NCBI GenBank assembly: GCA_964016885.1
Contig: OZ024743.1
Span: forward strand, 6,262,001 to 6,326,000
Direction of reading: 5' to 3'
DNA length: 64,000 bases
Origin: Eledone cirrhosa
Lineage: Eukaryota
Shown: in pieces, positions 1 to 13,366 of the stretch
Position numbering within the stretch: position 1 is the stretch's first letter
Layout: each line of letters begins with the position of its first letter
Program-made: the position numbers and the translations under genes
The notes under the pieces: model-generated
Databases searched by the model: none
Told to the model about the DNA's origin: nothing
Seen by the model: only the letters and a program-made list of their open reading frames with translations

Positions 1-117
1 TATATATATACATATATATATATACATATATATATACACATATATATATATATACATATATATATATACACATATATATATATACACATATATATATACA
101 CATATATATATATACAC

Positions 118-172
<55 letters not shown>

Positions 173-239
173 TACACATATACATATATATATACACACA
201 TACATATATATATACACACACATACATATATATATATAT

Positions 240-290
<51 letters not shown>

Positions 291-301
291 TATATATATA
301 T

Positions 302-400
<99 letters not shown>

Positions 401-474
401 TATATATATACACATACATATATATATTAGTGAAAAAGAACAAAGGAACTATTATGACATTATAACAAGTTTAT

Positions 475-521
475 TGCCGACAGCCGTTTCGTCCGACCAC
501 ATGGTGGGACTTTTCAAGGCA
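475..521 (-). ncRNA. Type I hammerhead ribozyme motif, U3-A8 core variant
   Basis: TGCC-TTGAAAA-GTCCCACCATGTGGTCGGAC-GAAA-CGGCTG-TC-GGCA: stem I TGCC/GGCA, stem II GTC/GAC plus CCAC/GTGG, near-palindromic stem III, GUC triplet. Confidence 0.75.
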
Positions 522-722
522 TATAACATGTGACTGTAAGATCATTATCTACATCAACGTATCACTCAAGGCTAGCAGTTTGAAATTGTGGTATACATCA
601 GCAGCGCGTATACGCATAGAGCTTAACTAGCTACCGTCACATATTTGGTAGGTCAGACGTGATCATCGCGATTCACATACGACCTACCATACATCTTACT
701 TATATATATATATATATATATA

Positions 723-1696
<974 letters not shown>

Positions 1697-1935
1697 CAAC
1701 TCGTGTGTTCCTTCTCCACATTTCGTTATTTATATATATATGGTCAATCGACAAGATCCCAGACCTCATCCGCTTGCCGAGTGAGGTGGACTTCATCAAA
1801 TCGGACCAAGGAAACAATATTTCCATTGCTGATACCATTTACCGGTCGCAACCCCAGGCAGAAGTAACAACATGAAATAAAGTGTCAACTCGCAACCTCA
1901 CGATTGCCAATCCCACTCACTAACCACTAAGCCAC

Positions 1936-2020
<85 letters not shown>

Positions 2021-2021
<1 letters not shown>

Positions 2022-2575
2022 TAGTTGGCCCTGTGCCATCACAAATGACGAATAATTGGAATATCTATACATAATATTAAAAAAAACGTTTGTTTGTTGG
2101 TTCCTTCGCGCTCACACACAAGTGACACAAACACAACTGTGACAAATCTTAGAATGCTGGGCTTCTATAGTTTCTCACCACCCCCTCCTTCCTAAGTCAT
2201 CACATAGATGTGTGTGTATGTAATAATTATTTTTTCTAAGTATGTCTGTTTATATGTATGTGTAGATTCGTGTGTGTTTGTAATTCTATTGTCTACGTAT
2301 CTTTCTAAATAAACACACAAAAACATATACACTCACACAAATGCTATATATAAATATAATTTACACAAACACACATAAACACTTACATAATCATAATGGC
2401 CAATGTGTGTCGTCAATTCGCTATACATATACATATACATATACACGTGTAGCAAATGTTAGACACTGCTTAAATACACCTTCCTTTCTCAGTAGACGTA
2501 ATCACCTCTCCCTTCCTCGGACATCTCTAGTGTGTGATGGACAGATAGATACACATTGGCTTTCATATTAGTAGA
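2021..2575 (-). mobile_element. Non-autonomous Helitron-like element
   Basis: Minus strand starts a|TCTACTAATATG and ends with a degenerate hairpin plus CTAG|t. Confidence 0.5.
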
Positions 2576-2625
2576 TTTTATATATATATATATATAGTTA
2601 TGTAATAAACAACATAAGGCAATTA

Positions 2626-2686
2626 TTTCATTTACCAGTGGTTTCTTAAAAACAAAAAAATTTGGCTTTCAATCATCAGAATGAAA
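2626..2686 (-). ncRNA. Type I hammerhead ribozyme motif
   Basis: TTTCATT-CTGATGA-TTGAAAGC...GTTTTTAA-GAAA-CCACTGG-TA-AATGAAA; 7-bp stem I, 8-bp stem II, GUA triplet. Confidence 0.85.
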
Positions 2687-3053
2687 AAATCCTGGTGTAT
2701 TTATTAGTGTTGGATTTTAAAAACAAAAATATAATCTATATGAAAGTGAGGCTGGAACTTCAGATGTTGTCCTCATCTGAAATCACATCTGATCTGTAAC
2801 TGGATTGACATTCCTATGATAACTCAACCACCTTGAACTCCTTTCCTGCTCTTTACTTCCACTACGGTTTTTTTACCTGCTGAATCCACGTTCTGTACTC
2901 TCGCTTTCTCTTTCTCCCTTATCTCCCCTTATATTTAAACCTTTTCCTATGTCATTTATTTCCCCCCTACTTTCTTGCCTTACCCTTCACATACCAAATT
3001 TTTTTTTTATTTTTAGATATTAATTTTTTTTTTGTGTGTGTTGCGTATATGTA

Positions 3054-3124
<71 letters not shown>

Positions 3125-3242
3125 GTGTGTGTGTGTATGTATATGTGGGTGTATATGCATATGTGTGGGTATGTATGTTTATATCTATCTGTATGTATAT
3201 GTATATATAATCGTATATTATATATTTCTGTTGTATTTGTGC

Positions 3243-3307
<65 letters not shown>

Positions 3308-3309
<2 letters not shown>

Positions 3310-4157
3310 AATGAAAGGTATAGAAATTGTTTTAGCGAGAAGCTAACAGTATTACATAACATATATGCGACTATGTCGTCAAGATGGGGAAAAATAGTTA
3401 ACGTAAGATGTAGGAAAAATAACTCAAACCTATCTCAAAAGAGAATCAGGATATAAATTCATCCACAGAATTTAGTGAAATCCAAGGAAAAATCAATAGA
3501 CCCTTAACTCATGATAAGATAAAGTCTAAAATACTTATCCTTCAATTTGGAAAAACATCAAATGCTCTGTATAGTCTTGAAGACTATTTCATGAAAACTT
3601 TCAGTGGAGATGGTCACGGTTGGTATTCATCATCAGCAGAGCTCAACAGATAACCAGGGCTCTCACAGAATTATAAGCCAAAAAGGGAATTCTAAAACTG
3701 GCTAGTTCACCATCATGCATGATTATGAAAAACGCACATGAGGAAAAACGGGGCTAGTGCGTCAGGATGAAAATGAATGTTTGTTTACAAGAAATAACAG
3801 TCAAATGCATTCCGAAAAAAACTCTACAAAAGGAGTTCAGCAAACAGCAATATTATCGCAGTTTTTATTTAAAAAAAACGGGATTAGTCACAGATAATTT
3901 AAGCACTCAAGGAAAACAAATCCGAGTATAAATATAAATGAAAGGTATAGAAATTGTTTTAGCAAGAAGCTAACAGTATTCCATAACATATATGCGACTA
4001 TGTCGTCAAGATGAGAAAAATAGTTAACGTAAGATGTAGGAAATATAACTCAAAAGAGAATCAGGATATAAATTCATCCACAGAATTTAGTGAAATCCAT
4101 GGAAAAATCAATAGACCCTTAACTCATGATAAGATAAAGTCTAAAATACTTATCCTT
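3308..4157 (-). mobile_element. Hammerhead-bearing non-coding unit (627-nt period) with ~230-nt terminal direct repeat; Penelope-like pLTR or retrozyme-like
   Basis: 3308-3542 is repeated at 3935-4157; HHR at 3564-3642; (TA)n/(TG)n on both flanks. Confidence 0.7.
3564..3642 (-). ncRNA. Type I hammerhead ribozyme motif with long stem III
   Basis: GCTCTG-CTGATGA-TGAATAC...GTTTTCA-T-GAAA-TAGTCTTCAAGACTA-TA-CAGAGC; perfect 6-bp stem I, AUA triplet. Confidence 0.85.
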
Positions 4158-4176
4158 GTATATGTATCTATATGTA

Positions 4177-4357
<181 letters not shown>

Positions 4358-4360
4358 GTA

Positions 4361-4475
<115 letters not shown>

Positions 4476-4488
4476 GTGTGTATATATA

Positions 4489-4567
<79 letters not shown>

Positions 4568-4612
4568 GTATATATATATATATATATATGTGTATATATA
4601 TATATGTATATA

Positions 4613-4653
<41 letters not shown>

Positions 4654-4920
4654 ATGTATATATGTGTATGTGTGTATATATAGATTTAATGTGTGTGTAT
4701 GGGCGTGTGTATATTTGTGCGTGTATATGTATTTTTTTATATAATGGTTTTGTGTGTATATATATAATAGCCTCAGAAACGGCTTGAGCTCCGCCGTGGG
4801 GTCAGACTTTTTCCTATGTGTGTGTATATATATATATATATATACGTAATTGTATATGTGTGTGTGTATTTCTGTGGTTGTGTTTTTGTGTGTGTGTATG
4901 TATATATATGTATATATATA

Positions 4921-4998
<78 letters not shown>

Positions 4999-5262
4999 GG
5001 TGTATGTATATGCATAATTACATACAGTGATTTAATGCTCATTTTCATTGATCTTTTGCTCCAGGAAATTGTTGAGTGCTCTAAATCTGTTATAAACATT
5101 TATACCCTTTTCTAAATATATATTTTTTATTTATTATTTGTATTCCCAACTTTTTATTTTTATTTTTATTTTTATTTTTATATATACAATATATTTTTTT
5201 ATATATACAATATTTAGGTTTTTTTATATATATATTTATGTTCTTTCTCATATATATATATA

Positions 5263-6379
5263 CTAGCAGAGGTACCCGGCGTTGCTCGGGTATTAAATAG
5301 CAGTTATGTATACCATTTATGTCAATACTTCAGTGCTGCTTCGAAAACTATACTTTTATAAACTCATCGACTTTTTCCAAAAGGGGGTTCCTGCCCTCAG
5401 GGGTCCCCTACTCAATATGTGCCAATTCTGAGAGTTCATATTCAACGTATCCCATGTGTCAAGTTTTGTGAAAATCGGTTGCGAACTCCAGAAGTTATGA
5501 CGTTTTTTTTGCATTGCACTGCAGTGCTTCAGTCGACTCTAAGGAAGTGGTTAAAGGGCGTTATCCGCCGGGAGGCCCTATAATCAATATCTGGAAAAAT
5601 GAAAGTGTCCATGACCATCCGGAGTACATGAGTAACCTATGTCTTAAGTTTGGTGAAAATACTGTAGAAATGCATAAGGTTTACACACAGGCGCGCACGC
5701 GCACGTGTGTGTGTATGTATTTGTGTGTGCGTATGTATAAGTATGTGTATGTTCGTCGGTGCATACATATGTACTGGCCTAAATCTTCACTATTTATTTT
5801 TACTATGTTAAGGCAAAGTTAAAATCCCGTCGAGGTTAACTTTGCCTTTCATCCTTACGGGGTCGATAAAATAAAGTACCAGTAATGTACTGTTTAATTG
5901 CTGGCCTTGTGCCAAAAGTAGAAACAACTATTTTAATAACCTGTCATTTTCGTTTACAATTTTATTTACATCATTCTTAAACTCCGGGGCTGGAAATCAT
6001 TCGGTTATTTTAAATAGAATATTAGTCTAACGACTCCATTTACACCATAAACTTGGTCTTGTCTTTGCATGAAATTGTTCTTCTCGGTCCACCGCGTCGT
6101 TTATACGTAACATAAATAGATAAGCAAATGACGCCATAAAAGGGAAATAACTCGTCTCTCATCTCTATTTATACATTTGAACTGAAAAATCAATACATTA
6201 CAAATTCGATTTTTACACTTGGCGTGGGTCGATTTGAAAATTTATTTGACCGATGGTTCCGCCGGACCTTCATTTATAAGTGTAGCAATTTCACCGAAAT
6301 TTGAACGTACGGTTTAAGAGGAGATGTGTGCCGAAGGTTTTAGTAGACAGACAGACAACCTCAGTTTTATATATATAGA
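5263..6379 (-). mobile_element. Non-autonomous Helitron
   Basis: Minus strand a|TCTATATATATAAAACTGAGG ... CCCGAGCAACGCCGGG hairpin ... CTAG|t; no TSD. Confidence 0.8.
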
Positions 6380-6391
6380 TATATAGTTATA

Positions 6392-7590
6392 CTAGCAGTA
6401 AAGCCCGGCGTTGCTCGGGGTCGCTCAGTAGCTGTGTTAAAGTTACAATGTTAAGTTTCTTTTTTGGCTTAAAAACTGTAGTGTCTACTGTGCAGACTTG
6501 CATGTGGTGTTTTTGATTAATATTCCCTCAACCAACAATATGCCTTATGAAGTTAAGAAAACATAACGATAACCCGAATGTTATAACAAAAGAGGATGCT
6601 GGGGATAGAAACTGCACTGGTTATTTATTAACAAAGATCGAAAATGTAAACACTGCAACGCAGAGAAAAACATTAGCGTAACCAAATTATCAGTTATGTC
6701 TGTCTGCACGCCTATATCACCTCTCTGCACGACTGTCTGTCTGCACGCCTATATCACCTCTCTGCACGACTATCTGTCTGCACGCCTATATCAACTCTCT
6801 GCACAACTATCTGTCTGCACGCCTATATCACCTCTCTGCACGACTATCTGTCTGCACGCCTATATCACCTCTCTGCACGACTGTCTGTCTGCACGCCTAT
6901 ATCACCTCTCTGCACGACTGTCTGTCTGCACGCCTAACGAAATTTACAGATACATATATTTTAAATAAACTTATATAATTTTTACTTTTTTTTACGAAAT
7001 ATTTGCTTGTTTTACGTAGTCTTTAAATAGACTTGTTTTCAAGTAAAAATATTGTTTTAAAAGGCTTTTAAATGGAAATGAAGCAAAACGGAAGCTTAGT
7101 GTTCGAACTGATGAATTTTGCAGGTCAAAATTTTGCTGGCTCGACAACTGTTCGTGTATTGTGTTAATGTCATTTTAAACGCTGAGAAAGCCAGCGTAAT
7201 TTTTTTAATTTTTGCCAGCGTAATTTTTTTAATTTTTGCACGCAGAAAATGTAAACAGAACGTAAGACGCTACGCTGAATGTAAACAGAACAAAGGGAAA
7301 TCATTTTTTAAATTTTTGCACGCAGAAAATGTAAAGAGAACGTAAGACGCTACGCTGAATGTAAACAGAACAAAGGGAAATAACTCATCACTTACGCTCA
7401 AAAAATCGATACATTATATTCGATTTCGTCAGATAGGGCGGGTCAATTTGAAATATTTTTTTCCGATGTCTTCGCTAGGGCTCAATGTACAAGTATAGCA
7501 ATTTCGGTGCAATTCCGTGAGAGATTCTAAGAGGAGATGTGTGCCAAAAATCGATAGACAGACAGACAACCTCAGTTTTATATATATAGA
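6392..7590 (-). mobile_element. Non-autonomous Helitron, same termini as 5263-6379, different interior
   Basis: Same 5' TCTATATATATAAAACTGAGGTTGTCTGTCTGTC end, same 3' hairpin and CTAG; internal tandem repeats. Confidence 0.8.
6697..6936. repeat. 37-bp minisatellite, ~6.5 copies, inside Helitron
   Basis: Unit tgtctgtctgcacgcctatatcacctctctgcacgac at 6697, 6734, 6771, 6808, 6845, 6882, 6919. Confidence 0.95.
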
Positions 7591-8095
7591 TGTGTGTGTG
7601 TGTGTGTGTATGTATGTATGCATAAGTATGTGTATGTATATATATGTGTATAGGTCTATATGTGTGTGTATGTATGTATGTGTATATATATATATATATA
7701 TATATTTTGTTGTGGAACGAAATACTCGTTGATAAAGCCTTTCCTCGTTCCTCTCTTCTCTATAAGTCTTATATATCTTTTATGTGGGCTGATAGTGATT
7801 GGATTAAGGAATTGCAGAAACCCAAGAAGCTAGATTTAACATCGTTCTAGCGGGTCCGGGTGACTTTTTTACATTCATTTAATTTATTAATTTATTGATA
7901 TTTTATTTGAGTGACCCGAATCTTCCTGGTCGTTTATTTTCGGCTGCATGGGTGATTTTAGGCATGACCTCTGTGTGTTGGTATTTTAACGATAGTTATA
8001 GCTCTGATTTTTCCAAATTATTGAGCCCTCTGCCACATATATCGGATATTGTTTATCGTGATTTCGTGGGCTGATATTCCGATTCTCGATTATTC

Positions 8096-8132
<37 letters not shown>

Positions 8133-8260
8133 AAGTTATATTTAAAATTGTTGGGTTACAACTAGTAAATATTTATAACTGATATAAAAGCACTCGACAA
8201 ATACTTGGAGTATATTTACAATATTAAATAAATGGAAAACTATATTTATAAAACCATATT

Positions 8261-8326
8261 TATTTCATTATATATATTTCGGGGATATCATATTAACAAT
8301 ATGCTATGCCTTCATCAGACAAAATA
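8261..8326 (-). ncRNA. Type I hammerhead ribozyme motif (left arm of long inverted repeat)
   Basis: Exact reverse complement of the 10629-10694 motif. Confidence 0.75.
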
Positions 8327-8665
8327 CAATATAAACAGTTTTATAGATAAATATATTCGACATACCGTAATAAACATCAACTTCATTTGAAGAGGTTCAC
8401 TCTAGCAGTGAAAATACAGAGAGAAAGAAAGAGAGAGAGAAAAGAGGGAAATAAGAAAGAAAGAAAGACAAAACGAAGAAAAGGAAGAAAAAGAAGAAAA
8501 AGAAGAAATGCATGGGACAAAATAGAGAGATGGAAAAATAGATAAAGCGAAGAGCTTCATGTAAAGAGACCGAGAGAGGAAATAGAGATAGATACATATA
8601 TAAATATAGATATAGAAAAATTAGGTAGTGGGAGGTCATTTTGAGTAAGTGTATCAATGATGCAT

Positions 8666-8700
<35 letters not shown>

Positions 8701-10029
8701 GCTCAAGTATTAATGTAAGGGAGATATATAGAGAGATATAGAGAGATATAGAGAGAGAAAAAAATTTAAAAATAGCCAGACATATTCGAGGCGTAGAAAA
8801 CCCTATGTTTTAATGTATTAGTATTTATAAAACTTACACTATATTGTAAATATCAGTATTCCTGAATGAAACAAGTATTCACAATGCGTGAAAATTCATT
8901 ATCTTATGTTTAGTTTTTTTAAAAAATTCATATGTCTATGTGAATCCAACTGATTCACTCCGCAAATTCAAAGTTACCGGAAAACATTCTCAATGTGGTA
9001 TAAAAATTTGAGCGTATTATTATTCTTGCGATTACTCTACAAGATTATCTATCAAGCAGAAATAGAGAGCAGATTTCAATATACTAATCGAAAATATATA
9101 TTATATTATAAGCAGAGATAACAATAATAATGATAATAAGTAGAAATATATAAAAATATAAAAATATAGAATAGAAAACTAAAAAAGAATATTACGAAAG
9201 AATATTACATAATAAAAATATTGCATATTAAAAATACTACGTATTAAAAATATTACGTATTAAAACTTTACATATAAAAATATTAAAAATATTAAAAATA
9301 AAAATTTACATATAAAAAAAATTTACATATAAAAATATTAAAAATAAAAATAAAATAAAAAATAAAAATATAAAAATATTATAGAATACTACAATACTAA
9401 AAGAATAAAAATAAAAATAAAAATAAAAATAAAAATAAAAATAAAAATAAAAATAAAAATAAAAATAAAAATAAAATGAAAATAAAAATAAACCACAAAG
9501 AACAACCCTTCAAGGTTAATTGACAATATATTGCAAAGTTCACTACAAGACAAAGCCAAAAATTATCTATCAAATCACATCTAGCAAGGAATATCGCAAA
9601 AAAGATTATGATGTCCAATAATGTCTACATATGTTCCTATATTTAATATATAAGTTTATCAAGTGTAAGGTTAATTCAGAAAATTTGGAGCATCGGCTTT
9701 TAGGGTAGCTTAATTTTTCATGAGGAATGTTTAGATAAAAATAAAAATAAAAATAAAAATAAAAATAAAAATAAAAATAAATAAAATAAAATAAACAATA
9801 AAAACAATAAAAAGAGTAAAAAGAGGGAATCAAAGATTTAGGAATCAAAAGATTTATCGGCTAGTTCTCATATAAATATAAATCAAACTAAATATACTAC
9901 ATTTTAAATTTAAATTTATATTTAAACGTTGAGTTTAATCTATGTTTGCAACAACTGAATAAATTTGTCCGTAGGTTAAGGGAATTTTTAGATTTTAGTA
10001 TAAAGAATATCTCCTCTGCGCAGAGGTCA

Positions 10030-10275
10030 CATGTCTCAGAGGATGAATTAAAAGGAATCCCTCTTGAGACTATATTCCAAGCCGTCGAATATCTAACGTT
10101 ATCTAGCTTAAGTTGCCAGAGTACACCTGAAGATTTTTTTCACAGATCCAAATAAAAAATCTTCAACGGCACTATCAGGTGTACTCTGGCAACTTAAGCT
10201 AGATAACGTTAGATATTCGACGGCTTGGAATATAGTCTCAAGAGGGATTCCTTTTAATTCATCCTCTGAGACATG
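10030..10275. repeat. Perfect 101-bp inverted repeat (10030-10130 / 10175-10275) with 44-nt spacer
   Basis: catgtctcagagg...gtacacctga mirrored by tcaggtgtac...cctctgagacatg. Confidence 0.95.
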
Positions 10276-10628
10276 CATCATTGATACACTTACTCAAAAT
10301 GACCTCCCACTACCTAATTTTTCTATATCTATATTTATATATGTATCTATCTCTATTTCCTCTCTCTCTCTATATATATATATATCTCTTTCGGTCTCTT
10401 TACATGAAGCTCTTCGCTTTATCTATTTTTCCATCTCTCTATTTTGTCCCATGCATTTCTTCTTTTTCTTCTTTTTCTTCGTTTTGTCTTTCTTTCTTTC
10501 TTATTTCCCTCTTTTCTCTCTCTCTTTCTTTCTCTCTGTATTTTCACTGCTAGAGTGAACCTCTTCAAATGAAGTTGATGTTTATTACGGTATGTCGAAT
10601 ATATTTATCTATAAAACTGTTTATATTG

Positions 10629-10694
10629 TATTTTGTCTGATGAAGGCATAGCATATTGTTAATATGATATCCCCGAAATATATATAATGAAATA
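10629..10694 (+). ncRNA. Type I hammerhead ribozyme motif (right arm of long inverted repeat)
   Basis: TATTTTGT-CTGATGA-AGGCATAGCATATTGTTAATATGATATCCCC-GAAA-TATATA-TA-ATGAAATA; stem I extends via TATAAAACT/GGTTTTATA. Confidence 0.75.
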
Positions 10695-10868
10695 AATATG
10701 GTTTTATAAATATAGTTTTCCATTTATTTAATATTGTATATATATATATATATATATATAAATCGATGAGCAGAACAAACATTAAACAATCCCTTAAATA
10801 AATAAAAAAAATGATTTAAATATCTACCTGTTCATAATGCTATATATCTCTATGGGTACTTAGTACTC

Positions 10869-10942
<74 letters not shown>

Positions 10943-11085
10943 GTTAAACAAGGTTCATATGAATTATCTAAGAATGAGTTTTACACACACATATATGTGT
11001 GTTTGTATTTGTATGTATGTGTTTGGTATATGTATATATATCTATGTGTATATGTGTATGTATGTGTATATATGTATATATATAT

Positions 11086-11136
<51 letters not shown>

Positions 11137-11748
11137 ATGTATATGTGTATGTATTTGTATATGTATATTTATGTGTGAGAGTATGTGTATGTATTTATTT
11201 TTACGTATGTATGTGTACGATCATTTGTGTGTATTGCTTACCACGTGTGTTTGTTCATTTATGTTGCCTGTATCGCTGTCAACACTATAATAATCTTTAT
11301 ATTCATTTTTATTGTTTTTTTTAAATATTTTTTCTTATATTTATTTGTGTGTATATATTTCTATATTTGTGCATGCGTATGTATACGTGTATATATGTGT
11401 GTATGTATGTGTATGTACGTGTGTATATACGTATGATTGTGTGTATGTATATATATATATATATATGCATGTATATGTGTGTGTGTGTATGCACGTTTGT
11501 GTATGTGTATGTATGGATATGTTGATATTTATGTGTGTATGTATGTATGTGTATATGTATGTGTATGTATACATATACACGTGTGTGTGTGTATGTATGT
11601 GTGTATGTATATATATATATATGTGTATAATTGTGTGTGTGTGTGTTTTTATTTTATTTTTCCTTTCCTTCTTCCTTTTCCAGCCTTACTTTCATATAGA
11701 TTGCATTTTTGTTTTTAAAATCCAACGTCAATAAATACACCAAGATTT

Positions 11749-11809
11749 TTTCTTTCTGATGATTGAAAGCAACATTTTTTTGCTTTTAAGAAACCACTGG
11801 TAAATGAAA
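11749..11809 (+). ncRNA. Type I hammerhead ribozyme motif, same family as 2626-2686
   Basis: TTTCTTT-CTGATGA-TTGAAAGCAA...TTGCTTTTAA-GAAA-CCACTGG-TA-AATGAAA. Confidence 0.82.
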
Positions 11810-11854
11810 TAATTGCCTTATGTTGTTTATTACATAACTATATATATATATTGA

Positions 11855-12284
11855 CAATGTCACTGGACCAAGATCTTTGGCGCTATGCAGTAATACAGAA
11901 AACCCACCTTGCCTAAGTACAAAGCGAAACCTAGTCAGTAGGCACCTCTTAATCAAATATACACCCCTATTCCACTACCCCAACTCCCCAGCCCCTTTTT
12001 CTGGTACCACAACATCCAGTCCTAAATAAATGAGGTCGTTAGGTGTCACGACAAAAAACACAGTCCACGCTGTAATGTGGCTGTGTAGGCAACACGGTAA
12101 AAACCTCCCAGTCCACACTGTAAACGTGGTTGGTGTTAGGAAGGGTATCCAGCCGTAGAAAACCTGCCAGACAGTCCCATACGAGCGAGACGACCAATCT
12201 TGCCTCAAGTTGGACAATTCCTGTCTAAACCCATGCTAGCGTGGAAGATAGACGTTAAACGATGAAGATGATGATGATGATGAT
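11855..12284 (+). mobile_element. 3' end of RTE LINE (ORF C-terminus, 3' UTR, (ATG)n tail)
   Basis: Matches the 3' end of the 20808-23869 element; ends in gatgatgatg. Confidence 0.8.
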
Positions 12285-12307
12285 ATAAATTATATATATA
12301 TACATAT

Positions 12308-12497
12308 AATTGTTTCTACGTTAGGCACAAGGCCAGCAATTACCCAGTGTATTACTGGTACTTTATTTTATCGACCCCGTAAGGATGAAAGGCAAAGTCA
12401 ACCTCGGCGGGATTTGAACTCAGAATGGCAAAGGCCGTAACTCTATGCGTCAAAGCATGGCGTCCGACCCTCTACCGATACTGCCAATCCACCGCCT
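12308..12497 (-). mobile_element. tRNA-derived SINE, family A, with TSD
   Basis: A/B boxes TGGCAGTATCGG / GAGTTCAAATC; core GCCTTTCATCCTTACGGGGTCGATAAA; flanked by tatatatatacatataat duplication. Confidence 0.85.
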
Positions 12498-12514
12498 ATA
12501 TATATACATATAAT

Positions 12515-12886
12515 GGAGGGTTAGAGCACTGGCCTTTCATCGAAAGTTTGTGAGTTCAATTCTCAGACCGGGTGATGTGTTGTTTCCTTGAGCAAGACAC
12601 TTTATTTCACATTGCTTCAGTTTACTCAGCTGTAGAAATGAGATGATAGGGACTGGGGTCCCTATCATTCCACTGCAAAGTGGTCGTGGGGGTGCCATGG
12701 CAAAAAAGCACCCAGCACTCACTGTAAAGTGGACGTGTAGGCGCCACGGGAAAAAAGCACCCAGCACTCACAGTAAATGAGGTTGGTGTTAGGAAGAGCA
12801 TCCAGCTGTAGAAACCAAGCCAGAATCAGTTCCTGTCCCACCCTTGCAAGCAGGGAAAAGCAGACGTAAAATGATGATGATGATGA
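12515..12886 (+). mobile_element. tRNA-derived SINE, family B, with RTE-like 3' tail and (ATG)n
   Basis: Homologous to 37052-37385; B box GAGTTCAATTC. Confidence 0.85.
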
Positions 12887-12967
12887 GTCAGACAATTAGA
12901 TTTCGTCTATATATATATATATATATACAATATTAACAAATTGAAACTATATTTATAAAACCATATT

Positions 12968-13032
12968 TATTTTATTATACATATTTCAAGGGCACCACGT
13001 TAAATTATGGTGTGCTTTCATCAGACAAAATA
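12968..13032 (-). ncRNA. Type I hammerhead ribozyme motif (left arm of foldback)
   Basis: TATTTTGT-CTGATGA-AAGCACACCATAATTTAACGTGGTGCCCTT-GAAA-TATGTA-TA-ATAAAATA. Confidence 0.78.
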
Positions 13033-13135
13033 CAATATAGATCAGTTTTATAAATAAATATTGACATACCCTTAAAAAATCCAACCATTACTGTTGGAAG
13101 CTCCGGATATTTATTTATAAAACTGATCTATATTA

Positions 13136-13200
13136 TATTTTGTCTGATGAAAGCATACCATAATTTAACGTGGTGTCCTTGAAATATGTATAATGAAATA
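13136..13200 (+). ncRNA. Type I hammerhead ribozyme motif (right arm of foldback)
   Basis: TATTTTGT-CTGATGA-AAGCATACCATAATTTAACGTGGTGTCCTT-GAAA-TATGTA-TA-ATGAAATA; same family as 8261/10629 but a different stem II sequence that still pairs. Confidence 0.8.
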
Positions 13201-13324
13201 AATATGGTTTTATAAATATAGTTTCCATTTGTTAATATTGTATATTTACTCCAAATACTTGAGTGCTTTATATCAGTTATAAAAATATTTGCTTGTTGTA
13301 TCCCAACAATTTAAATAGAACTTT

Positions 13325-13366
<42 letters not shown>

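Larger units (their letters stand above)
8130..10738. mobile_element. Penelope-like insertion with ~450-bp inverted arms (8217-8665 / 10273-10738), each carrying a hammerhead
   Basis: Arms are near-identical reverse complements (ORFs 8397..8657- and 10281..10553+ share their N-terminal translation); inserted in (TA)n. Confidence 0.65.
12923..13330. mobile_element. Foldback pLTR-like element (arms 12923-13061 / 13107-13245) of the 8130-10738 family
   Basis: ~139-bp inverted arms each with an HHR; 13243-13328 matches the reverse complement of 8130-8216; (TA)n flanks. Confidence 0.7.

Noticed and set aside
4770-4812. GAAA-CGGC..GCCG-TG, resembling a hammerhead 3' half
   Set aside because: No CUGANGA half upstream, and the triplet would be non-cleavable NUG.
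7109-7135. CTGATGA followed by a hairpin ATTTTG/CAAAAT
   Set aside because: No GAAA or stem III follows.
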